32,000 nt of DNA, taken from NCBI RefSeq assembly GCF_036917195.1, contig NZ_JBALDG010000013.1:95885-127884 (forward strand), written 5' to 3'. The notes beneath the pieces are model-generated. The model searched no databases, was not told the origin of the DNA, and saw only the letters and a list, made by a program, of their open reading frames with translations. Position numbers and translations under genes: made by a program. Shown here piece by piece: positions 1-7,836 of this stretch. Source of the stretch: Nostoc sp. GTDB taxonomy: Bacteria; Cyanobacteriota; Cyanobacteriia; Cyanobacteriales; Nostocaceae. Position 1 is the stretch's first letter. Every line of letters begins with the position of its first letter.

Positions 1-874
1 AATATACCAACGCTAAAACGCTGTGGATAGATACAGAAGTAGCTGACTACAAAAGTCGTAATCCCCGACTATCGCTGATTCAGGTATTAGATAATCCTCA
101 AGATATGAGTGGCGATCGCGTCTACCTTTTAGATGTCCTAGATAAGCCTAATATTATAGCTGAATTTATTGAAGAAATTATGATAAATTCTGCCATTGAA
201 AAAGTTTTTCACAATGCCAGTTATGATATAAAGCTTCTCGGTAACAAGAAAGCCAAAAATATTACTTGCACTCTGGAAATGGCAAAAAAATTCCTTACTA
301 TCTTTTGCCATTACCCAACTACCAACTCAAAACCATAGCTACAGCACTTTGTAGCTTTAACAATATCGACAAACAAGAACAAGAAAGCGATTGGGGAAAA
401 CGTCCCCTGACTGAAGAACAGATCGAGTATGCTTACTTAGATTGTATTTATCTTGCTCAAATCCACTTAAATTTGTTAGGATTACAAGCCCAAGCCAGCC
501 CCGAACCCACAACAGAAGACTTAATATCACTAAGTACTAGATACTCGCAACTTGAGCAGCAATGGAAGTTGTTGAATTCAGAATTTGAGCATTTGCAAGA
601 ACGTATAAAAAAAGCCATGCAGGCTCAGAATATATTGGAAACTTCTGATTATAAGCTGACTAGTTATGAGCGGACTACAGTCAAAGCTGCATTTACAGAA
701 TTGGCAAGACTAGCACAAACTCAAGGTATTAATTTAGATTTTCCAATCACACTAACTCAGAAACTCCAAAAAGATTTAGGGCAAAATCTGGAACAACTGT
801 CTGTAGATATTGACAAAACCACCTCTTGGAGGCTAACTCACAAAACTCAAGCGAGTGAAACTGAGGATGAGTAA
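1..874 (+). CDS. 3'-5' exonuclease, DEDDy family (RNase D / DNA Pol A exo-domain type); 5'-partial at window edge and frameshifted at an A7 run (possible pseudogene)
   Basis: The frame of ORF 105..338 stays open back to the window edge and reads ...TLWIDTEVADY (Exo I, DxE) and ...FHNASYDIKLL (Exo II). The frame of ORF 266..874 continues with ...EEQIEYAYLDCIYL (Exo III, Yx3D). The two frames meet at the run a284-a290. A -1 shift there gives a continuous ...CTLEMAKKIPYYLLPLPNYQLKTIA... protein. The C-terminal ~130 aa look coiled-coil-like. Confidence 0.75.
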
Positions 875-1116
875 ATTGTCCATTAGGCTACAAATGCCAA
901 AAATTATAGAGTTATTGTGAAGGATAAATCTTGAAGTTTCATAATTATTTCGTCCAGCAACAACTACCTTCTCTTATAAATCGATAAAATATCAGGGAAA
1001 TTTGTCAATTGACTTTAAATGTATATCAAAAGTTAGAATAATTATTGAGTTAAAGAATTAAAATATAGATTTCAGAATTAATTTCGTTCAGGTATCATGG
1101 CAGTTTATATTAACTT

Positions 1117-1953
1117 ATGAGACGGCGTTTATTTAGGCAAAAGCGAACAAGGGTAAATCAAGTATTTACCATAGCTATTTTTACTACATTGACCGCAATT
1201 AGCAGTGTTTCTTGTAGTAAGAATGACAATGTATTGGTAACAGAAATAGGAGTAAGTCAACCTAGCCGTCCAGCTACAACTTTCAAAGGTGGGGAATTCT
1301 ATATTCAAGGAAAGAATCAGCATTTAAATGGCGACTTACAAGCTGCGATCGCTTCCTATGACAAGGCAATTAATCAAAATTCTCAATATGGTGCTGCCTA
1401 CAACGGCCGGGGATTAGTCTACTTTGATTTAGGAGACAAGGAGAAAGCGATCGCAGATTACAATCAAGCACTTAGCATCAACCCTAACGACGCCGAAGCC
1501 TACAATAACTTAGGGAATGCCCGCGCCTCACTAGGAAACAACAGAGAAGCAGTTAAAGATTACAGTGAAGCGATTCGCCTTAATCCCAACTATGCCGAAG
1601 CCTACAATAACCGGGGGAATGCTCGCGCCACCACTGGGGACAAAAAAGGGGCGCTAGATGATTTTGACCAAGCTATTCTCCTCGATCCAAAATATGCGAT
1701 CGCCTACAATAACCGCGGAAATGCCCGTGCTGCTGGAGATCCACAGGGAGCGATCGAAGATTATAATCAAGCCATTCGCCTCAATCCTAACTTTGCCCCT
1801 GCCTACAATAACCGAGGAAATGCTCGCGCTACCAATGGAGACAAGCAGGGAGCACTCAAGGACTTAGAACAAGCAGCAAGCATTTTTCAAAGTCAGGGTA
1901 ACAACGACTTATACCAACAAGTGACGAAAAACATCAAAGAACTTGGACGGTAG
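1117..1953 (+). CDS. TPR-repeat lipoprotein
   Basis: 278-aa ORF. It has a basic N-terminus, a hydrophobic stretch and a lipobox-like AISSVS-C. This is followed by about six consecutive 34-aa TPR units with the recurring pattern AxAYNNRGNARxxxGDxxGAxxDYxQAIxLNPNxA. Confidence 0.9.
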   Translation: MRRRLFRQKRTRVNQVFTIAIFTTLTAISSVSCSKNDNVLVTEIGVSQPSRPATTFKGGEFYIQGKNQHLNGDLQAAIASYDKAINQNSQYGAAYNGRGLVYFDLGDKEKAIADYNQALSINPNDAEAYNNLGNARASLGNNREAVKDYSEAIRLNPNYAEAYNNRGNARATTGDKKGALDDFDQAILLDPKYAIAYNNRGNARAAGDPQGAIEDYNQAIRLNPNFAPAYNNRGNARATNGDKQGALKDLEQAASIFQSQGNNDLYQQVTKNIKELGR

Positions 1954-2250
1954 GCAAAAGCAGGGTTTTAGTTAAAAGCAGACAGACTGCCGAGTTATGT
2001 TATCAGATAACAATTTATTTGTCGTGTTATCAAATTAATGTCGTTAAACTTTTAAATTGATGGTGCATCAAGTGAGCGACACTAATGTGTTAAGGACGAC
2101 AAATAATTTTTTATTTTACAACTGCGCCTAGCGCAGATGAGAGTGCGATCACTGCCGAAAGTATAATTACTTATATAAATCCTAGTTGAATCTTGCTCAG
2201 TATAGTGAGAAAGAAACGGCGTTTCATAATGGTGGTATGAATTGAGGTAA

Positions 2251-2337
2251 AACTGGATCAAATGTCCGCGTTGTGGGTTGTCACATATCCGTAAAAATGG
2301 AATAAAAAGAGCTAAATATAATAACACTATAAAATAA
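2251..2337 (+). pseudogene. short remnant resembling the N-terminal zinc finger of IS1-family (InsA-like) transposases
   Basis: The + strand reads NWIKCPRCGLSHIRKNGIKRAKYNNTIK* directly after a TAA. CPRCGxxxIRKNG is the typical start of cyanobacterial IS1-type transposases. There is no start codon, no rest of the gene, and no terminal inverted repeats that I could identify. Confidence 0.3.
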
Positions 2338-2756
2338 TTTTGGACAACTTTTGTATCATTACCGCATCTATTACGCAGTACCTGCAATGGAGAGCGATGG
2401 CGATTCCACGTCAACCAAGAATGCGATCGCCTGACCCATCCAACCACTGCTCAATGGCCTTGAAAGGCTGTAATCCTTTCTTTCACAGCTTTTAGCTTTT
2501 CAAGCGTGCCATTCGCCTTTGACCTAGCTACTATTAATATTCGAGGAAAAATAAATTAATTATGTCCCTTTTAGATTATGTAATAATTGCCAAACTGTGC
2601 TGTAATAATGCTAGTTTGTAAAATAATAGTGAATATTCAAGATAAATTAAGCAACGAATTATTTGAAAAGCGTTGTTTAACTTCTTGAACTCAGAAAGAA
2701 GCTTGTATATTTAGAGATTCTTTCTAGTTGATACTAATTAAATTGAGGTTAAACAG

Positions 2757-3029
2757 ATGGGAAATCCAAAACTAGAGGATTTAGATAACGAACTAATTAG
2801 TTTTGATTTAAGTCCAGAAGATATGGAGGCAATCAAAGGTGGTACAAGTGTGCCAAAACCTATCTCGACTGGTAGTAACTGTCCATCCCCTCCGAAGCAC
2901 CCTTTTGGAATTCTAATCGTTGCAGAACCACCCAAGCACCCTTTTGGAATTCTAATCGTTGCAGTACCACCCAAGCGCCCTTTTACAATTACAATCGTTG
3001 CAGTACCACCCAAATGCAAGGATGATTAA
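2757..3029 (+). CDS. double-glycine-leader peptide precursor (bacteriocin/RiPP-like) with a triple-repeat core
   Basis: 90-aa ORF with GAGG 8 nt upstream of the ATG. Residues 18-29 (LSPEDMEAIKGG) match the LSxxELxxIxGG double-glycine leader consensus. The core is TSVPKPISTGSNC-PS-[PPKHPFGILIVAE][PPKHPFGILIVAV][PPKRPFTITIVAV]-PPKC-KDD. Confidence 0.7.
   Translation: MGNPKLEDLDNELISFDLSPEDMEAIKGGTSVPKPISTGSNCPSPPKHPFGILIVAEPPKHPFGILIVAVPPKRPFTITIVAVPPKCKDD
2889..3005 (+). repeat. 3 x 39-bp tandem direct repeat inside the precursor ORF (encodes the 13-aa units)
   Basis: Units lie at 2889..2927, 2928..2966 and 2967..3005. The first two are almost identical at the DNA level (ccaagcacccttttggaattctaatcgttgca); the third has diverged. 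Confidence 0.9.
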
Positions 3030-3161
3030 TCATTAAATTAAAAGATTAAGTTTAAGAGGATGTTTGAAAAGTCTAATTTATTACTAGCCCTGGCGACTAT
3101 AAATCGCGGTTACACGAGACTTTACCCACCTCTTTGGGTTTAAAACCCTTAATTTTTTATT

Positions 3162-3221
3162 AGTCCGCACATAGAGAAGTCTGAGCGCCGACTTCCGACG
3201 TTCAGAACTTCAAAGCGGACT
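3162..3221. repeat. hairpin-rich intergenic element (possible MITE / small dispersed repeat)
   Basis: Nested inverted repeats: agtccgc (3162..3168) pairs with gcggact (3215..3221), and gaagtc (3176..3181) pairs with gacttc (3190..3195). The flanks (gtttaaaaccc..., ...ctacgcgaagg) resemble Nostoc intergenic repeat families, but only one copy is in this window, so repetitiveness is unverified. Confidence 0.3.
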
Positions 3222-3386
3222 TCCCTGCGAGACCCTACGCGAAGGTTTATGTAATAGCGAATTATATTCGCCCAATACTTTTAAGGTTTGTATCTACACC
3301 TATGCTTTAATAGCTATGTGCTACTCATAATTATCCAATCAAGGATAGAAATTATACTAAATCTAGTTTTTTTTAAGATAAAATAT

Positions 3387-4172
3387 ATGAACAATGTTAG
3401 TGAGTTGGCGCTCAATTATCTACAACGTTATAACTGCCAGATTCTTGAAGATTATCAAAGTGTTTTGAGACAGGCTTGCGAAATTCATCCACCACCACAC
3501 GGTATGGCATGGTACGGTAATTCCTATCGTCAGTTTGCTCGTAATGCTGAATGGTTCTCTAATTCCCTGATTACTAACGTCGTTGAAGAAGGAACTGGTT
3601 CTAAACAAGTTTGGCAATTCTCCGAGCAGATCGAAAATCAGGAGTTTGCCCAGTTAGTGAGAAATCACTCTATTGATGAGTCACGCCACTCACTAATGTT
3701 TGTCGCACTGTTGAATATTATTTTTCCGACGAAAGTAGAAGCAGATTTCCGCACACAGTTAAAAGCTTTCTCTCCGCAATACTATCATCACAAGCATCCG
3801 CCCCTAATACCCATTTCTTCGGCTCAAATAATGGATGAAAAGTTAGTGATGGATGAGATTATTCAAATCAATCTCTTAGAAATTCGGGCATTGATCCTAC
3901 AATTATTGTTGCGTCCAGTACTGCAAGCATATGCTACACCTAATAACTTAGCAAAAGTAACTCGAATGTCTGATTTGTTGATTTTCGACGAGACTAAGCA
4001 TATTGAGTACTCTGGTTACTGTATTGGTAAGTACATTGAGCAAGGTCATGACTCTTGGGTGCGGGAAATGATGATTTACCGTCAAAAGACTATTAATGAA
4101 ATGTTTTTAGAAGATGTGGAATTAGCGGGTTCTGTTGGCACTACTATTTTACGGACACAAGATCGCTCGTAA
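3387..4172 (+). CDS. ferritin-like diiron-carboxylate oxygenase (AurF/CmlI-like family)
   Basis: The ORF track starts at TTG 3288; the first ATG at 3387 (MNNVSELALNYL...) is more plausible. The ligand set appears in the correct order: VVEEGTG (E), IDESRH (ExxH), LLEIRAL (E), FDETKH (ExxH). Confidence 0.65.
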   Translation: MNNVSELALNYLQRYNCQILEDYQSVLRQACEIHPPPHGMAWYGNSYRQFARNAEWFSNSLITNVVEEGTGSKQVWQFSEQIENQEFAQLVRNHSIDESRHSLMFVALLNIIFPTKVEADFRTQLKAFSPQYYHHKHPPLIPISSAQIMDEKLVMDEIIQINLLEIRALILQLLLRPVLQAYATPNNLAKVTRMSDLLIFDETKHIEYSGYCIGKYIEQGHDSWVREMMIYRQKTINEMFLEDVELAGSVGTTILRTQDRS

Positions 4173-4376
4173 GTGTTTAGGTTTACCTAGCCCAACAAAT
4201 CAAACCATCCATTCCACTCAATCGGGCGCAGATACGATCAGTTGACCAAACTTCTCTGGTTCAATACCTTCAAACTTCAACATCACCCCCCAACGCTCAT
4301 CACTCGTTATCCTACGCATTTCCACGAGAGTTATGAGCGGCTTTCGCCGCTTAGACTTGTTTGTGCGTTGACAAAA

Positions 4377-5945
4377 TTACATCCCAGAACCAATGTGGAT
4401 GCGATCCTCAACTTCGGCAAATTTTTCCTGTGCCTGGTGTTCAGTAGTCAATAGGGAAACGACAATCGCCACTAGAAACGATAGAGGAATAGTAACTAAT
4501 CCAGGATTTTTTAGCCCAAAGGGTGCAGAAGCGTGCTTGAGAATTGTTACCTGAATAGTAGGTGAGAAATAAATCAGCAGTAACGAGGAGAAGGTACCCA
4601 CTAACATACTCGCAACCGCCCCGTTGGTGGTAAAGCGTCGCCAAAGCATTGATAAGAGCAACGCTGGAAAGTTGGCACTAGCAGCGATCGCAAATGCTAA
4701 ACCTACCATATAAGCGACGTTTTGTCCTTTAAACAAAATACCTAAGAGTATCGCCACTAACCCCAAAACCATTGTCGCACCGCGAGCTACCTTTAGTTGT
4801 TCTGACTCGTCAGCATGACCTGATCGCACCACGTTCACCCACAAATCGTGAGACAGTGCAGCGGCTCCTGAGAGTGTCAACCCAGCTACAACCGCCAAAA
4901 TCGTCGCAAAGGAAACAGCGGAAATAAAGCCTAACAAAGCATCACCACCGAGAAATTCTGCCAACATCGGTGCAGCCATGTTACCACCAGTCCCAATTTG
5001 CTTGATCGCATCTTGACCTACTAGCACCATTGCTCCAAAGCCCAGGATGAAGGTAAGGAGATAAAAAACGCCAATAATAGCTGTAGCATAAGTAACAGAG
5101 AGCCGCGCTGCTTTGGCGTCGGGTACTGTGTAGAAACGCATCAGGATGTGGGGTAGTCCAGCGGTGCCAAACATCAACGACATCCCCAAGGAGATAGCAT
5201 CAAAGGGATCAGAAACCTGTTTGCCCGGAGCTAATACACCTGGATACTTATCTGCGGCTGCGGCGAAAAGAGCGATCGGGTTAAAACCAAATCGTGCCAG
5301 TACCAAGATAGCTAGCAAGATAGTTCCGCCCAGCAACAGAACTGCTTTAATAATTTGTACCCAAGTGGTGGCAATCATCCCCCCAAAAATCACATAAGCC
5401 ATCATCACGCAACCGACGATCACCACGGCTAATTCATAATCAAAGCCAAACAGCAGTTTGATTAGCTCCCCAGCCCCTACCATCTGGGCAATTAAGTAAA
5501 AGCTAATCACTGCCAGCGTTCCAATTGCAGATGCGATGCGGACTGGTTTTTGTTGTAAGCGATAAGCCACCACATCAGCAAAGGTGTATTTACCTAAGTT
5601 ACGTAGTGGTTCTGCAATCAAAAACATCACAATCGGCCAGCCCACCAAAAAGCCAATAGAATAAATTAAGCCGTCAAAGCCGTTGAGTGCCACCAGCCCA
5701 GCGATACCTAAAAAGCTAGCTGCACTCATGAAGTCTCCTGCTAAGGCTAGCCCATTTTGGAAACCGCTGATTTTGCCGCCAGCTGTATAGAAGTGGGCAG
5801 TATTTTTGGTCAGCTTTGCCGCCCAAAAGGTAATGCCTAAAGAACTTGCAACAAACAGAAAAAAGAAAGCGATCGCCAACGGGTTAAACTTACCAAGACT
5901 GGTAATATCCGCCGCTAGTGGCAGATCGAACCACACACTATTCAT
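4377..5945 (-). CDS. actP: cation/acetate symporter ActP (sodium:solute symporter family)
   Basis: 522-aa polytopic membrane protein with an ActP-type N-terminus (...[37 protein letters not shown]...). It lies directly downstream of a DUF485 gene, as in yjcH-actP operons. Confidence 0.93.
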   Translation of the reverse strand: MNSVWFDLPLAADITSLGKFNPLAIAFFFLFVASSLGITFWAAKLTKNTAHFYTAGGKISGFQNGLALAGDFMSAASFLGIAGLVALNGFDGLIYSIGFLVGWPIVMFLIAEPLRNLGKYTFADVVAYRLQQKPVRIASAIGTLAVISFYLIAQMVGAGELIKLLFGFDYELAVVIVGCVMMAYVIFGGMIATTWVQIIKAVLLLGGTILLAILVLARFGFNPIALFAAAADKYPGVLAPGKQVSDPFDAISLGMSLMFGTAGLPHILMRFYTVPDAKAARLSVTYATAIIGVFYLLTFILGFGAMVLVGQDAIKQIGTGGNMAAPMLAEFLGGDALLGFISAVSFATILAVVAGLTLSGAAALSHDLWVNVVRSGHADESEQLKVARGATMVLGLVAILLGILFKGQNVAYMVGLAFAIAASANFPALLLSMLWRRFTTNGAVASMLVGTFSSLLLIYFSPTIQVTILKHASAPFGLKNPGLVTIPLSFLVAIVVSLLTTEHQAQEKFAEVEDRIHIGSGM

Positions 5946-5998
5946 GCTTTTTTGGTTTAGTATTTTGGATTTTGGACTAGAAATTGCTCATAGCTAAT

Positions 5999-6274
5999 TC
6001 ACTTGCGTGTCAGCCTTGCGATTTGGTCGTCATAACTGCTATTTGCCCAACGCACATAGATAAAAATTAATACCCATGCTGAGACAATTACCAGCGCCCC
6101 CAGTAAAATTCCCAAACTGAGGCCAGGAACTACTAATGACCCCAGCAGGGGCTTATTGAACGCGATTAGCAAGATAAAGCCAAAGTAAATAAACATCATG
6201 ACTCCACTGAGAATCAGGGATACCCGCCAACGTTCAGCCGCGAGAGCCTGGAGAGCCTTTGTGCGATCGTTCAT
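5999..6274 (-). CDS. DUF485 (YjcH-like) small inner-membrane protein, partner of ActP
   Basis: 91 aa with two TM helices and the C-terminal YVRWANSSYD motif typical of DUF485. It sits 53 bp upstream of actP on the same strand. Confidence 0.88.
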   Translation of the reverse strand: MNDRTKALQALAAERWRVSLILSGVMMFIYFGFILLIAFNKPLLGSLVVPGLSLGILLGALVIVSAWVLIFIYVRWANSSYDDQIARLTRK

Positions 6275-6545
6275 GTCTTCCTTTGGGTTGAGAAGATTAG
6301 GTCAGATTGTCTCATTGAAGTTGATTTCTGCGTTATTTTCTTAAAGATTATTAGTAAATGTATTGTTATTTCAGGTAACAAAATTAACTTTGCTAAATAA
6401 TATACAATTGATTTTTTGTAATAATTATTATTCTTATTTGCTCAGACACTTGTTTGCCTCAAAATCCTCTCTTGTTGTGGGATTGACAAATTCCGCCTTG
6501 ATCAAACTATGGCGCTACAGGGTATCAAGCGATCGCAATTAGTCA

Positions 6546-6568
6546 TGAAAAAGAGCAGTAAACTGCTC
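6546..6568 (-). terminator. candidate rho-independent terminator of the TBDT1-PepSY1 operon
   Basis: On the minus strand, gagcag-tuua-cugcuc forms a 6-7 bp stem (6553..6568), followed immediately by CUUUUUC (6546..6552). It lies about 100 nt after the PepSY1 stop. Confidence 0.45.
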
Positions 6569-6671
6569 ATATTGGTACTCAAAAACCCTATTTATAGAGT
6601 ATTTCAGCCGATTGTGTTGAATAATTTACAAAACATATTTTATTTACTTCAGAATAGAATCCTAAATTTTG

Positions 6672-7811
6672 CTAATTCCAGGAATTTTTTCTGACTGATG
6701 AGAAATCCGGGGTAGGTCTTTTGCGATATTGCCACATCATAAAACCAGTGATAAATAAAATTAACGGCGCAAGTCCTACAAATACATAGAGAATGCGACT
6801 AGATAAGCCACCAAAAGTACCATAGTGTAGGGGAGTAAAGGAGTTGAGGATGCGATCGCCTAATAACGGTTTGAGGGCATTGTCCACTTGCAAAACCTTG
6901 CCGCTATACTGGTCGAGGTAGACATAGCTAATTCCATAATCGCCTATTTCTTCAGGAAATTTATAGCGAATCATCAAAGGGCTGTCTGGTTTTTGCGGAA
7001 AATAAACGCTTCTAAGTTCTGCACCAGGTAATTGAACTTGAGCGGTCTGAAGTTGCTCAGTAAGCTTTAAAGGAGACTGACCAGGGATATATTGAGAAAC
7101 AGGTTCTTGCTTTACACTAAAGGTAATTACCCGAATCACAGGCTCACTAAACTCACCAAAATTCCAGCAAAAACCTGTGAAAAATGTGAAAAAAAGAAAC
7201 ACACCTGCGATCACACCAGCAACTTTGTGAATATCAAAGTTCACTCGCTTGGGATGAGCATTCCACTTGATTTTAAAGCCTGCGAGTAAGTTCCTCCACC
7301 CAGGCCAGAGAAATATTCCTGTGATCGTCAGAATGCATACAAGTAAACCAACAGTACCAACAATTTTGTATCCAATGTCACCTACTAGCAGACTGTAGTG
7401 GAGTGCATAAATAATTTTGTAAAAGCGCTCTACAGGATTGGGATTAAGATTATTAACGAGAACTGCTCCTGTATAAGGATGAACGTAATTTTCAATCCAA
7501 TCATCTTTCTTGGTTACATAAACTACATCAAATGGTTCATCTGGTTTTGTCGGCACATAAACTCGATTGAGCTTAAAATCAGGCTGGCTGGCATAACTCT
7601 TTGTCACTGTATTCAGAACGACCTCTATTGGCAGCATTTCGCCTTTGGGAGTGATGCTTCCAATTTGAAAATGCTTTTGATAGGTAGTAATTTCGGATTG
7701 AAAAACCAGCAAGCTACCAGTTAAACCAATAATAATCGCAATCAGTCCAACACCTAACCCAATGTAGCGGTGTAAAGCAAATACGAAGTTACGCAGGGTT
7801 TTGTAAGTCAT
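6672..7811 (-). CDS. PepSY-associated TM-helix protein (PiuB/FoxB-like iron-regulated membrane protein), copy 1
   Basis: Hallmark N-terminal LHRYIGLGVGLIAIIIGLTGSLLVF and C-terminal PLHYGTFGG...[20 protein letters not shown]. The ATG at 7811 (MTYKTLRNF...) is preferred over the upstream start at 7847. Confidence 0.9.
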   Translation of the reverse strand: MTYKTLRNFVFALHRYIGLGVGLIAIIIGLTGSLLVFQSEITTYQKHFQIGSITPKGEMLPIEVVLNTVTKSYASQPDFKLNRVYVPTKPDEPFDVVYVTKKDDWIENYVHPYTGAVLVNNLNPNPVERFYKIIYALHYSLLVGDIGYKIVGTVGLLVCILTITGIFLWPGWRNLLAGFKIKWNAHPKRVNFDIHKVAGVIAGVFLFFTFFTGFCWNFGEFSEPVIRVITFSVKQEPVSQYIPGQSPLKLTEQLQTAQVQLPGAELRSVYFPQKPDSPLMIRYKFPEEIGDYGISYVYLDQYSGKVLQVDNALKPLLGDRILNSFTPLHYGTFGGLSSRILYVFVGLAPLILFITGFMMWQYRKRPTPDFSSVRKNSWN

Positions 7812-7836
7812 GGTAGATATTCGTACTAAATAAACG

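Noticed and set aside
1999-2011. Palindrome gttatc-a-gataac, considered as a Fur box.
   Set aside because: The half-sites are arranged opposite to the canonical GATAAT-n-ATTATC dyad. No iron-related gene or plausible promoter lies downstream.
2082-2447. 121-aa ORF on the minus strand in the AT-rich gap.
   Set aside because: It has an alternative start and low-complexity, unrecognisable sequence, and it overlaps the IS1-like fragment on the other strand. It is most likely a chance ORF in degenerate DNA.
2562-2621. 19-codon ORF (MSLLDYVIIAKLCCNNASL*) upstream of the precursor, considered as a possible second small peptide.
   Set aside because: It has no leader motif, the SD-like GAGGA is about 14 nt away, and the region is AT-rich enough that such ORFs arise by chance.
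2738-3019. 93-aa ORF antisense to the GG-leader precursor.
   Set aside because: It is a mirror ORF kept open by the 39-bp repeats. It has no leader-like or other motif and no RBS. The sense ORF has the SD and a textbook double-glycine leader.
4218-4319. 33-codon minus-strand ORF (MRRITSDERWGVMLKFEGIEPEKFGQLIVSAPD*) just downstream of actP.
   Set aside because: It is too short, has no recognisable family and no RBS. It may be a gene remnant, but I cannot support that.
4336-4351. Hairpin agcggc-tttc-gccgct between the convergent diiron and actP genes, considered as a terminator.
   Set aside because: The stem is short (6 bp), there is no U-tract on either strand, and it lies about 165 nt from the diiron gene stop.
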